The translations under genes and the position numbers were made by a program. Below are positions 11,202-19,795 of a stretch of 64,000 nucleotides of DNA, piece by piece; position 1 is the first letter of the stretch; each line of letters opens with the position of its first letter. Source of the DNA: Gemmatimonadota bacterium (GTDB lineage: Bacteria > Gemmatimonadota > Gemmatimonadetes > Gemmatimonadales > GWC2-71-9); NCBI GenBank assembly GCA_003222035.1, contig QHUS01000045.1, forward strand, positions 89,360-153,359, written 5' to 3'. A model generated the notes under the pieces. That model saw nothing but the letters and a program-made list of their open reading frames with translations. It ran no database searches and was not told the DNA's origin.

Positions 11202-11522
11202 GTGTCCCTGCGCGAAGCCCAACAGACCGTGGATCGGTGGATCGGTCAATATAAGGAAGGATACTTCCCGCCGCTGACGAACCTCGCGCGGCTCACCGAG
11301 GAAGTCGGCGAGCTGGCGCGGGAGCTGAACCACCAGTTCGGCGAGAAACGCAAGCGACCGGAGGAGGCCGAAGGCTCCATCGCAATGGAGCTCGCCGACA
11401 TTCTGTTCGTCATCATCTGCCTCGCCAACTCACAGGGAATCGACCTGGACGACGCATTCGCCCAGATGATGCGAAAGGTCACCTCCCGCGACGCCGATCG
11501 CTGGACCAAGAAGGCACGCTGA
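11202..11522 (+). CDS. MazG-type nucleotide pyrophosphohydrolase (small, single domain)
   Basis: Only the last ~106 codons of track ORF 10428-11522 look real. GTG at 11202 is preceded by GGAG at 11193. Sequence LTEEVGELARE...ELADILFVIICLAN matches the MazG EExxE/ExxD helix pattern. Confidence 0.7.
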   Translation: MSLREAQQTVDRWIGQYKEGYFPPLTNLARLTEEVGELARELNHQFGEKRKRPEEAEGSIAMELADILFVIICLANSQGIDLDDAFAQMMRKVTSRDADRWTKKAR

Positions 11523-12411
11523 TCTCCTCGTAGATGCGCTGGTAGGACGTGAGCCGGTCGCGCTCGAACGCGCCTTGCCCCGCCGCCTCTCGGACGGCAC
11601 AACCCGGCTCCGCGAGGTGCCGGCAGTTGTCGAAGCGGCATTGATCGAGGAAAGGACGGAACTCGGGGAAACACGCGGCCAGCAGCTCGGGATCGATCCC
11701 CCAGGTCCCTATCTCCCGGAGCCCGGGCGTATCGACGACGTATCCCCCCGCCACGGCCACGACGAGCGCAGCGCGGGTGGTGTGTTTTCCCGTGTCCCAT
11801 TTTCGGCTGATGTCCCCGATGCGGAGGTCGAGACCGGGCTGCAGCGCATTGAGCAGGCTCGACTTCCCCACCCCCGACTGGCCGGCAAGCACCGACTCAC
11901 GGCCGCGCAGCAGGTCGCGGAGCGCGGCCAATCCTTCGAGCTGCGGCACGGAGGTGGCGAGCACCTGGTAGCCTGCGGGACCGTAGCGTCGCTGCGCCTG
12001 ATCGTAGACCACGCGCTCAGGGTCGAGATCGACCTTGTTGAGCACGATGACGGCCGGGATGCGGTTCGCCGCTGCGATCACCAGGAAACGATCGAGCATC
12101 GGGGGACTCGGTTCCGGGCTCCGGGCCGCGGCCACGATCACGATTTGATCGACGTTGGCGGCTATCGGCTGGGCGCGCGGGCTCCGCTCGCCGGCGGCGC
12201 GCCGCACCAGGACGCTGCGGCGCGGGCGGACGCCGGAAATCGTGGCGTGCCCGCCGGCGTGGCGCTCCAGCTCGACCACGTCTCCCGCCACGATGCGGTC
12301 GTCGTCCCGGTGCTTGAGCTTCCCGCGCAGCACTGCGGTCACCTCGCCCGCCTGCGTGTGAATCCGGTAGGTGGACCCCGTGCGCGTGAGGACAACGCCA
12401 GTCGTGATCAC
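11479..12411 (-). CDS. rsgA: ribosome small-subunit-dependent GTPase A
   Basis: Track ORF trimmed to the GTG at 12411 (VITTGVVLTRTGSTYRI). Circularly permuted GTPase motifs NKVDL...GQSGVGKSSL...DTPG, and a C-terminal zinc knuckle CRFDNCRHLAEPGCAV. Confidence 0.85.
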   Translation of the reverse strand: MITTGVVLTRTGSTYRIHTQAGEVTAVLRGKLKHRDDDRIVAGDVVELERHAGGHATISGVRPRRSVLVRRAAGERSPRAQPIAANVDQIVIVAAARSPEPSPPMLDRFLVIAAANRIPAVIVLNKVDLDPERVVYDQAQRRYGPAGYQVLATSVPQLEGLAALRDLLRGRESVLAGQSGVGKSSLLNALQPGLDLRIGDISRKWDTGKHTTRAALVVAVAGGYVVDTPGLREIGTWGIDPELLAACFPEFRPFLDQCRFDNCRHLAEPGCAVREAAGQGAFERDRLTSYQRIYEEISVPSWSSDRRRGR

Positions 12412-12719
12412 GCCCTTCCCTGCCTCTCGATGCACTCGTCGAGATGCCGTTTCACGTCCTGCAGGGTCAGCGCCAGGAGCGGGGCCAGCGCCTCGGCCGG
12501 GGTCGCGCCCCGAGACAGGTAATCGGTCTCGAGGTGACCGACGGCACGGTCGCCCGCGTCGGACCAGCGGACGAACAGCAGCGCGGCCCCAAAGCGACCC
12601 TGCGCATCCGGCGCATCGTCCACATACGTCCCCACGGAATACGACTGGCCGTCGGTCCCGGAGAACGCGGGGGCGCGCTCGTGCACTCGCTGATACCCGC
12701 CCAAGGTGCCGTCCGTCAC
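12408..12719 (-). CDS. hypothetical protein, translationally coupled between proline dehydrogenase and rsgA
   Basis: The GTG at 12719 overlaps the proline dehydrogenase stop as GTGA. Its own stop overlaps the rsgA GTG start by 4 nt. Non-shadow composition (VGTYVDDAPDAQGRFGAALLFVRWSD...DVKRHLDECIERQ). No domain recognised. Confidence 0.5.
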   Translation of the reverse strand: MTDGTLGGYQRVHERAPAFSGTDGQSYSVGTYVDDAPDAQGRFGAALLFVRWSDAGDRAVGHLETDYLSRGATPAEALAPLLALTLQDVKRHLDECIERQGRA

Positions 12720-13648
12720 GTCCGCCGTACAGACTCCCGCAGCACGTTGCCGACCAGGAACGCAAGGTTCGCCGGGCGCTCGGCGAGCCGGCGCATCAGG
12801 TAGGGATACCATTGCGTGCCGAACGGAACGTAGACACGAACGTTGTATCCCTTGCGCCGCAGCCTCACCTGCAGATCGCGACGCACACCGTACAACATCT
12901 GGAACTCGAAGCGGTGGGGCTGGATCCCCTTGTCGCGCGCGAATGCCAGGGCGTGGTCGATGATGCGCACGTCGTGCGTCGCGATGCCCGGGTAGTGCCC
13001 CTTGAGCATGAGGCGCTCCATGCAGCGGACGTAGTTCGCGTCCACATCGCGCTTGTCCGGGAAGGCAACGGTGTCAGGCTCCTGGTAGGCACCCTTGCAC
13101 AGCCGGACTCGCGCGTCGAGCGCGATCATCTGTTCCACGTCCTGTTCGGTGCGCCGCAGATACGACTGGAGGACCACTCCCACGGCGTTGCCGCACTCGG
13201 GGTGGAGGGTCCGCTTGAAGAGCTGCAAGGTTCGCTCGGTGTAGTCGGATTGCTCCATGTCGATCCGCACGAACGAGGCATGGGCCTTCGCCCGCACGAT
13301 GATGGCGCGCATGTTTTCCACGCACAGCGCCTCGTCGACATCGAGGCCCATCTGGGTGAGTTTCACGGACAGGTTGGACTCGGCACCAGCCGTCTTGATG
13401 CGGTCGAGGGTCTCGAGGTAGGTGTCCCGCGCCCTCAACGCCTCGGCCGCGCTGTGCACCGACTCCCCCAACAGGTCGAGGCTCGCGACGAGTCCGGCCG
13501 CGTTGAGTTCCTTCACCGCGGCAACCCCTGAATCCACCGTCTCCCCCGCGACGAAGCGGGCCGCGAAACGGCGCGCCAGGCCGTTGCGCCGGATGAATCG
13601 AAAGATTCGGGGTTGCTCGCTGAGCCACAGGAGGCTGGTGCGGAACAT
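12716..13648 (-). CDS. proline dehydrogenase
   Basis: 310-aa ORF with ATG at 13648. Family-typical N-terminus (RFAARFVAGETVDSGVAAVKELNAAGLVASLDLLGE) and C-terminus (QMLYGVRRDL...GYNVRVYVPFG..WYPYLMRRLAERPAN). Confidence 0.85.
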   Translation of the reverse strand: MFRTSLLWLSEQPRIFRFIRRNGLARRFAARFVAGETVDSGVAAVKELNAAGLVASLDLLGESVHSAAEALRARDTYLETLDRIKTAGAESNLSVKLTQMGLDVDEALCVENMRAIIVRAKAHASFVRIDMEQSDYTERTLQLFKRTLHPECGNAVGVVLQSYLRRTEQDVEQMIALDARVRLCKGAYQEPDTVAFPDKRDVDANYVRCMERLMLKGHYPGIATHDVRIIDHALAFARDKGIQPHRFEFQMLYGVRRDLQVRLRRKGYNVRVYVPFGTQWYPYLMRRLAERPANLAFLVGNVLRESVRRT

Positions 13649-13717
13649 CAGGTGTCAGGTGTCAGGTGTCAGGTGTCAGGTGTTGGGTGTTGGGTGCTAG
13701 GTGCTAGGTGCTAGGGA
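13648..13717. repeat. tandem heptanucleotide array (NNNGGTG) x ~10
   Basis: Read directly: TCAGGTG x5, TTGGGTG x2, CTAGGTG x2, then a degenerate CTAGGGA. It fills the whole gap between the stop of the upstream FadB/J-type gene (13711-13713) and the ATG of proline dehydrogenase (13646-13648). Confidence 0.95.
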
Positions 13718-15849
13718 TAGAACTTCGCGTTGCGCTGGGCGTGGTCGCGCAACACGTCGCACGGTGCGAAACGGGGACCGTAGCGCTCGGCGAGACGTTC
13801 CAGCTCGCCGACGATGCGCGCTGCGCCGAGGTCGTCGGCATGGCGCAGCGGCCCGCCGCGAAACGGCGGAAATCCGAAGCCGAAGATGGCGCCGATGTCG
13901 CCGTCGCGTGGCGTCCGCACGATCCCCTCCCCCACCGCCCGCGCGGCTTCATTGAGCGTCACGAATAGGAGCCGCTGGATGATCTCCGCCGGCCGCGGTC
14001 CACCGTTCGGCTGGGACCCGATGAGCTCGTAGACGGCGGGGTCGACGCTCCCCTTCTTTCCGCCGGCGTACGTGTAGAACCCCTTTCCCGCCTTGCGCCC
14101 CAGCCGGCCGCTCTTGACCATGCCGGCGAACGCTGCCACCGGGGCAAACCGCTCGCCGAATGCGTCGTGCATGACGCCGACCACCTTTTCTCCCACGTCC
14201 AGCCCCACCTCGTCAAGCAGCGTAATCGGCCCCACCGGGAAGCCAAACTCCACCATCAGGCGGTCGATCTCTTCGATTGCCACGCCCTCGACCAGGAGGT
14301 GCCCGGCCTCGTTCATGTACGGCGTGAGGATCCGATTGATCCAGAATCCCGGGCTGTCCTTCACGACGATCGCGGTCTTGCCCATCCGGCGACCGAATGC
14401 GACGGCCGTGGTGACGGCCGGCGGTGCCGTGCGCGCCGACGGAATGACCTCGAGCAGGGGCATGCGGGCCACGGGCGAGAAGAAGTGCATCCCGATGACC
14501 AGCTCAGGCCGCTTGGCGCCCTCCGCGATCAAATGAATGGGAATGGTGGACGTATTCGACGCGAACACCGTGTCGGGGCGCGCCGCGGTCTCGATCTCCC
14601 GCAGCACCTGTCGCTTGACGTCCAGCTCCTCGAACACGGCCTCGATGACGAGCTCGGCGCGGCCGAACCCGGTGTAACTCGCGTCGCCTGAGAGCAGAGC
14701 GATCAGCCGGGTGTGTTCGTACTTGGTGATGTGTCGCCGCCTGAGCCGATCGTCGAGGATCTCGCGCGCAGCAGCGAGCCCCTTCGCGACCCGCGGCAAG
14801 TCGGCGTCCTTCATGCGTACGTCCACGCCAGCCTGCGCGATGGCGGTGCCGGCGATCCCCGACCCCATGAACCCGGCGCCCACGACGCCGAGGCGCTTCA
14901 CGACCGCGGGCGGCGGGGGGTTGGGGATGCCGAAGTCCTTCTTGAGGGCGGTCGTAGCGAAGAAGATCTGGACCAGCTTGCGCGAGACGTCGGTAACGGC
15001 CAGTTGCCCGAACAGCTGGGCCTCGCGCTTCAGTCCCTCGGTCATGCCGTGCTCGAGTCCGTGCGCCACGGCCTCGAGCGCGGCGAGCGGCGCCGGGTAG
15101 TTGCCGCGCGTGCGGGCGAGGACCTGCTTCCGGGCCGCGCGGTACACGAGGCGCCGGCCCAGGGGATTGCCGTCGAGGAGCGCGCCGACGAGGCTACCGG
15201 GGCGCCGCCGGCGGGGCCGCCAACCGCCCGCCAGGCGCTGCGCCGCCGCCACCGTCACGTCCTGGAGTATCGCGGGGTGAACGAGCTCGTCGACGATGCC
15301 GACACGAAACGCCTTCGCAGCGCGCTCCACCTTGCCCGCCAGAATCATGTCGAGCGCCGCGCGGGCGCCGATCAGCCGGGGCAGTCGCTGGCAACCGCCG
15401 GCGCCGGGGAGAATGCCGAGTTGAACTTCCGGGAGCCCGATCTGCGTTTTGGGGTGGTCCGACGCGACGCGGTACCCGCACGCGAGGGCGAACTCGAGGC
15501 CGCCGCCCAGGCACGCGCCGTGGATTCCGACCGCGATCGGCTTGGAGAAGCGCGCCACGCGGTCGAGCATCTCCTGGCCCTCCGCCGAGAGCCGCTCGGC
15601 CTCCGCGGCCGTAGTGAGCTTGACGAATTCCTCGATGTCGGCGCCGGCGATGAAGCTGTCCGGCTTGCCCGAAAAAAACGCCACGGCCTTCACGGAGGCA
15701 TCGTGTCCGAGCGCCTCGAACGTCGCGAGCATGTCCTGCTTGACCACCTGCGAGAGCTTGTTGACGGGCTCGCCCTTCAAGTCGAACGTGACGACTGCGA
15801 CGCCATCGACGAGCTCCCAGGTCAACGCGGAGCCGGCGGAGGAGACCAT
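13711..15849 (-). CDS. bifunctional enoyl-CoA hydratase / 3-hydroxyacyl-CoA dehydrogenase (FadB/FadJ type)
   Basis: Track ORF 13711-16125 trimmed to the ATG at 15849 (MVSSAGSALTWELVDGVAVVTF), which overlaps the thiolase stop as ATGA. N-terminal crotonase fold; NAD-binding GVVGAGFMGSGIA. Confidence 0.9.
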   Translation of the reverse strand: MVSSAGSALTWELVDGVAVVTFDLKGEPVNKLSQVVKQDMLATFEALGHDASVKAVAFFSGKPDSFIAGADIEEFVKLTTAAEAERLSAEGQEMLDRVARFSKPIAVGIHGACLGGGLEFALACGYRVASDHPKTQIGLPEVQLGILPGAGGCQRLPRLIGARAALDMILAGKVERAAKAFRVGIVDELVHPAILQDVTVAAAQRLAGGWRPRRRRPGSLVGALLDGNPLGRRLVYRAARKQVLARTRGNYPAPLAALEAVAHGLEHGMTEGLKREAQLFGQLAVTDVSRKLVQIFFATTALKKDFGIPNPPPPAVVKRLGVVGAGFMGSGIAGTAIAQAGVDVRMKDADLPRVAKGLAAAREILDDRLRRRHITKYEHTRLIALLSGDASYTGFGRAELVIEAVFEELDVKRQVLREIETAARPDTVFASNTSTIPIHLIAEGAKRPELVIGMHFFSPVARMPLLEVIPSARTAPPAVTTAVAFGRRMGKTAIVVKDSPGFWINRILTPYMNEAGHLLVEGVAIEEIDRLMVEFGFPVGPITLLDEVGLDVGEKVVGVMHDAFGERFAPVAAFAGMVKSGRLGRKAGKGFYTYAGGKKGSVDPAVYELIGSQPNGGPRPAEIIQRLLFVTLNEAARAVGEGIVRTPRDGDIGAIFGFGFPPFRGGPLRHADDLGAARIVGELERLAERYGPRFAPCDVLRDHAQRNAKFYP

Positions 15850-17108
15850 CAACGGCGCTCCAGCACCAGCGCGAACCCCATCCCCCCCTGCGCACAAATG
15901 GACAGCAGGCCGAATGGCACGTCCCGGCGCGCCATCTCGTTGGCGAGCGTGGTGACCAGGCGCGCACCCGTTGCGCCGAACGGATGGCCGATGGCGATCG
16001 AGCCGCCCATCACGTTGATGATGTCCTCGTTGATGTCCCAGCCCAACGCCCGCCATCCCTGCAGGTTCGAGAGCACCTGGGCCGCGAAGGCCTCGTGCAC
16101 TTCGACGACGCCGAGATCCTTCCACTGGATCCTCGCGCGCTCGAGCGCCTTGGGAACGGCGAAGATCGGCGCCTGGAGCAGCTGCCAGCCGGGATCGACC
16201 GCCGCCACCGCGTAGGACCGCACGTAGGCGAGTGGCGTGTAGCCGAGCGAACGCGCTGCCGTCTCGCTCATGAGCAGTACCGCCGACGCTCCGTCGGTGA
16301 GGGGAGACGAATTCGCGGCCGTGACGCTCCCGTAGCGCCGGTCGAACACCGGTTTGAGCTTCGCCATTTGCTCGAGCGAGGTATCTCGCCGGATGCCGTT
16401 GTCCTGCGTCACGATGCCGTCGCCGGTTCGCTGCGGTAGCCAGGGGGCGATCTCGGCGACGATGCGGCCATCGTCCGTCCCCCCCGCTGCGAGCTGATGG
16501 CTGCGCAGTGCCCAGCGGTCCTGGGCGGCGCGCGTAACGTGATTCTCCTTGGCCATCTTCTCGGCGGACTGGCCCATCGACTCGCCGGTCGATGGCTCGG
16601 CGATGGCGGGCGAGACGGGGATCAAGTCGCGTGGCCGGATGCGGCTGAACGTCCGGAGCCGGGCGGCGAGGGAGCGGGCCTTGCTCGCCTCGACGAGGAT
16701 GTCGGCCAAGCGGCGCGACGCCAGGATCGGAATGTCGGAGAGCGACTCCACGCCCCCCGCGAGCACGACATTCGCTCCGCCGAGGGCGATCTCATCGTGC
16801 GCGTTGGCGACGGCCTGGCCGGAGGAGGCACAGGCCCGGTTCAACGAGTACGCCGGGATCTCTTTGGGGAACTGCGGGAGGAGGCTCACTTCGCGGGCCA
16901 CGTTCGGCACCAGCGCCGACGGAACGACCTGTCCGAAGATGACCGCGTTCACCTCGGCGCCGTCGAGATTGGTGCGCTCCAGCAGCTCACGGGCCACGAA
17001 CCTGGCCAGGTCCACGGCCCGTACGTCCTTCAACGTCGTCCCCGATTTGCAGAACGGCGTCCGGCACCCGGCGATCACTGCGACACGCCGTCCGTTCCCA
17101 CCTGGCAT
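15849..17108 (-). CDS. acetyl-CoA C-acyltransferase (thiolase, FadA/FadI type)
   Basis: Track ORF trimmed to the ATG at 17108 (MPGGNGRRVAVIAGCRTPF). Active-site region NRACASSGQAV and C-terminal GGSIAIGHPFGATGARL, CAQGGMG. Confidence 0.9.
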   Translation of the reverse strand: MPGGNGRRVAVIAGCRTPFCKSGTTLKDVRAVDLARFVARELLERTNLDGAEVNAVIFGQVVPSALVPNVAREVSLLPQFPKEIPAYSLNRACASSGQAVANAHDEIALGGANVVLAGGVESLSDIPILASRRLADILVEASKARSLAARLRTFSRIRPRDLIPVSPAIAEPSTGESMGQSAEKMAKENHVTRAAQDRWALRSHQLAAGGTDDGRIVAEIAPWLPQRTGDGIVTQDNGIRRDTSLEQMAKLKPVFDRRYGSVTAANSSPLTDGASAVLLMSETAARSLGYTPLAYVRSYAVAAVDPGWQLLQAPIFAVPKALERARIQWKDLGVVEVHEAFAAQVLSNLQGWRALGWDINEDIINVMGGSIAIGHPFGATGARLVTTLANEMARRDVPFGLLSICAQGGMGFALVLERR

Positions 17109-17295
17109 TACATTCTCCCTCGGCTGTCCCCGGCCGGCGGCCCGGGGAGGACACAATCTTCGATTAACCCGGGGGCATCGTCCCGGGGTTAGCCGCTCGA
17201 AACGTATCATGGCCCCACGAGGGGGCCAAGCCGGAGACCGGTCGACGAGCGAGACCCCTTTTTCACATCGCACGCGCACCGCCGCGCTCGCCTCG

Positions 17296-18924
17296 ATGGC
17301 CGCGGAGCCGGTGGACTTGCTCGTCATCGGCGGCGGGATCACGGGCGCCGGGATCGCGCGCGACGCGGCCCTTCGCGGCTTGCGCACCGCCCTCGTGGAC
17401 AAGGGCGATCTCGGGGGCGGCACGTCGTCGGTGTCGTCGCGGCTCATCCACGGCGGCATCCGCTATCTCGAACAGGGGGACTTTCGACTGGTATTGGAGG
17501 CGAGCCGGGAGCGCCGCGTGCTGCTCGGCATCGCACCGCATCTCGTGCATCCGCTGCCATTCCTGTTCCCCGTGTATCGCGGCGCGCGCGTGCCTGCCTG
17601 GAAGCTCCGCGCCGGCATGTGGCTATACGACCTCCTCGCGGCCTTCCGCAACGTGAAGGCGCACCGCTGGCTGGGCCGCGCTGCAACCGTGCGCCTCGAG
17701 CCGGCGCTGCGGGAGAAAGAGCTGCAGGGCGCCGCTCTGTACTACGACGCGCAGACGGACGATGCTCGCCTCGTCATCGCGACCATGCGCAGCGCCGCTC
17801 AGGCGGGCGCGCTGGTCGCGAGCTATGCCCAAGTCACCGGGCTCATCAAGCCCGACGGGCGTGTCGGCGGTGCCACCGTGCACGACGCGCTGAGCGGTCG
17901 GGCGAGCACGGTGCGGGCCTTCGTGGTCGTGAACGCGACGGGGCCGTGGGTCGATCAGGTGCGTCGCCTCGACGACCCTGGGGCGGAGCCGCTGTTGCGC
18001 CTCACCAAAGGCGTCCATGTGGCGGTGCCCCGGCAACGGGTAGGACACACCCGGGCGGTCGCGCTCACGTCGCCGATCGACGGGCGGGTGATGTTCGTCC
18101 TGCCCTGGGGAGACCTGAGCTACATCGGGACCACCGACACCGACGACGACGAGTCGCCCGACGAGGTGCGCGCGACCGCCGCGGATGTCGTCTATCTGCT
18201 GCGGTCCGCCAACGCGTTCTTCCCGCACGCGCGCCTCGCGCCGCCGGATGTCGTCGTTACCTGGGCCGGTTTGCGCCCGCTGCTGCGCCCGGCGCGGGAC
18301 GTCGCGCCCTCGGGGGCCTCGCGGGAGCACCGCGTGGTGGAGAGCGCGAGCGGGCTGGTGACGATCGCGGGTGGAAAGCTCACGACCTACCGCGTGATGG
18401 CCCGCGACGCGGTCGACCGTGTTGCGACCCGGCTGCGCGCCCTCGACGGCCGTCCCCGCGCCCCGCGCGCTCCGACGGACCGCTTGCCGCTCCCCGGGGG
18501 CGAGACCGTCGATCTGGAAGGGCTCATCAAGGCGGCCCGCGATCGCGGGGTGTCGGAGACGACCGCGCGCCATCTGGTCGGCGCCTACGGCAGCGAGGCC
18601 GCCGCCGTGCTGAACCAGGTCGATCGGGAACGGGCGCTCGGACGCCCCATCGTCACCGGGCACCCGGTCCTTTGGGCCGAAGTGGCGCACGCGGTGGAGC
18701 GGGAAATGGCCCTGCGCCTGTCGGACGTGCTGGTGCGACGGCTGCATCTGTTTTACGCGATGCGCGACCAGGCGGTCGCCGCTACGAATGCCGTCGCGGA
18801 CTGGCTGGGCGGCGTCCTGGGTTGGGACGGCGCGCGCCGGGCGGAAGAGGTCGAGGGGTACCTGGCGCTGGTGCAGCGGTCCCGCGCGTTCGCCCACGAA
18901 GTGGCGGGTGTGCCGCAAGTCTGA
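17296..18924 (+). CDS. glpD: FAD-dependent glycerol-3-phosphate dehydrogenase
   Basis: The upstream 249 codons of track ORF 16549-18924 are an antisense shadow of the thiolase gene. ATG at 17296 gives MAAEPVDLLVIGGGITGAGIARDAALRG (FAD fold), followed by GTSSVSSRLIHGGIRYLEQGD. The start could be slightly further upstream (ATG near 17209). Confidence 0.8.
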   Translation: MAAEPVDLLVIGGGITGAGIARDAALRGLRTALVDKGDLGGGTSSVSSRLIHGGIRYLEQGDFRLVLEASRERRVLLGIAPHLVHPLPFLFPVYRGARVPAWKLRAGMWLYDLLAAFRNVKAHRWLGRAATVRLEPALREKELQGAALYYDAQTDDARLVIATMRSAAQAGALVASYAQVTGLIKPDGRVGGATVHDALSGRASTVRAFVVVNATGPWVDQVRRLDDPGAEPLLRLTKGVHVAVPRQRVGHTRAVALTSPIDGRVMFVLPWGDLSYIGTTDTDDDESPDEVRATAADVVYLLRSANAFFPHARLAPPDVVVTWAGLRPLLRPARDVAPSGASREHRVVESASGLVTIAGGKLTTYRVMARDAVDRVATRLRALDGRPRAPRAPTDRLPLPGGETVDLEGLIKAARDRGVSETTARHLVGAYGSEAAAVLNQVDRERALGRPIVTGHPVLWAEVAHAVEREMALRLSDVLVRRLHLFYAMRDQAVAATNAVADWLGGVLGWDGARRAEEVEGYLALVQRSRAFAHEVAGVPQV

Positions 18925-18940
18925 TAGTATCTCCTGAGCC

Positions 18941-19774
18941 ATGGGATTCCCTCGCCCCGTGCGGCCGTTGGCCCTGGCGACGTTGGCGCTCGCGTGTGGT
19001 CGTCCTACCCCGCCTCCCGCGACGCTTACGGCGACCGCGCTGCGCGGACCCGCCGACTCTCTGATTCCGAGCGGACCGCTGGGTGCCTCGATCCGGCGGG
19101 GTCGTGCGTTGCTGGCCGCCACGCGTGACAGCCTGCCCGGTCACGTTGGAAACAAGCTCCGCTGCGTCAGCTGCCACCTCGACGACGGCCGTCGTCAGAG
19201 CGGCTCCTGGGTGGGGGTGTTCGCCCGCTATCCGCAGTATCGACCACGCAGCGCGACAGTGGAAACGATCGAGTATCGGGTCAACGACTGCTTCCGCCGC
19301 AGCATGAACGGCACGGCGCTCGCGAGCGACGGCGCCGAGATGCGTGACATCGTCGCGTACCTCTGGTTCCTGTCGCGCGACGTGCCGGTCGCGCCGGCCC
19401 AGCCCTCGAATCGGCTGGCCAAGTGGGGCGGGTTGACGCCGGACACCGCTGCGGGAGCGCGAGTGTACGCCGCCGGATGTGCTAAGTGCCATGGCTCGGA
19501 TGGCGGTGGAACCGCAGTGGCGACGCCGCTGTGGGGACCGCACTCGTACAACATCGGCGCGGGAATGGCGCGCGTCCGCACCGCAGCCGCGTTCGTCAGT
19601 GAGAACATGCCGTTCGACCAGCCGGGCAGTCTCTCCGACCAAGAGGCGCTCAATGTGGCCGCGTTCGTGAACGCCCAGCCTCGCCCCGATTATCCCGACA
19701 AGATCCACGATTGGCCGAACGGCGACCCGCCGCCCGACGTCGCATACCCGACACACGCGACGCCGCATCGTTAA
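18941..19774 (+). CDS. periplasmic diheme c-type cytochrome, TsdA/SoxA-like (putative thiosulfate dehydrogenase)
   Basis: Signal/lipobox-like N-terminus (LALATLALAC). Two CxxCH motifs (CVSCH, CAKCH). Conserved-looking RVNDCFRRSMNG segment with a Cys about 38 residues after heme motif 1, as in TsdA-type proteins. Confidence 0.6.
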   Translation: MGFPRPVRPLALATLALACGRPTPPPATLTATALRGPADSLIPSGPLGASIRRGRALLAATRDSLPGHVGNKLRCVSCHLDDGRRQSGSWVGVFARYPQYRPRSATVETIEYRVNDCFRRSMNGTALASDGAEMRDIVAYLWFLSRDVPVAPAQPSNRLAKWGGLTPDTAAGARVYAAGCAKCHGSDGGGTAVATPLWGPHSYNIGAGMARVRTAAAFVSENMPFDQPGSLSDQEALNVAAFVNAQPRPDYPDKIHDWPNGDPPPDVAYPTHATPHR

Positions 19775-19795
19775 TCACCCGATAGGAGGACTCAC

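Noticed and set aside
13648-13717. Heptad array considered as a CRISPR array or as a coding repeat
   Set aside because: The units are 7 bp with no spacers, so it is not a CRISPR. On the transcribed strand the units carry TAG/TGA in all three frames, so the array cannot be translated.
16549-17295. N-terminal 249 codons of track ORF 16549-18924
   Set aside because: This part is antisense to the thiolase gene and has shadow-type composition. The conserved GlpD N-terminus starts at the ATG at 17296.
17619-19122. 481-aa (+) and 499-aa (-) ORFs overlapping glpD and the cytochrome gene
   Set aside because: Arg/Gly/Pro-rich, with no domains. The glpD frame carries the FAD-binding GxGxxG motif and conserved GlpD blocks.
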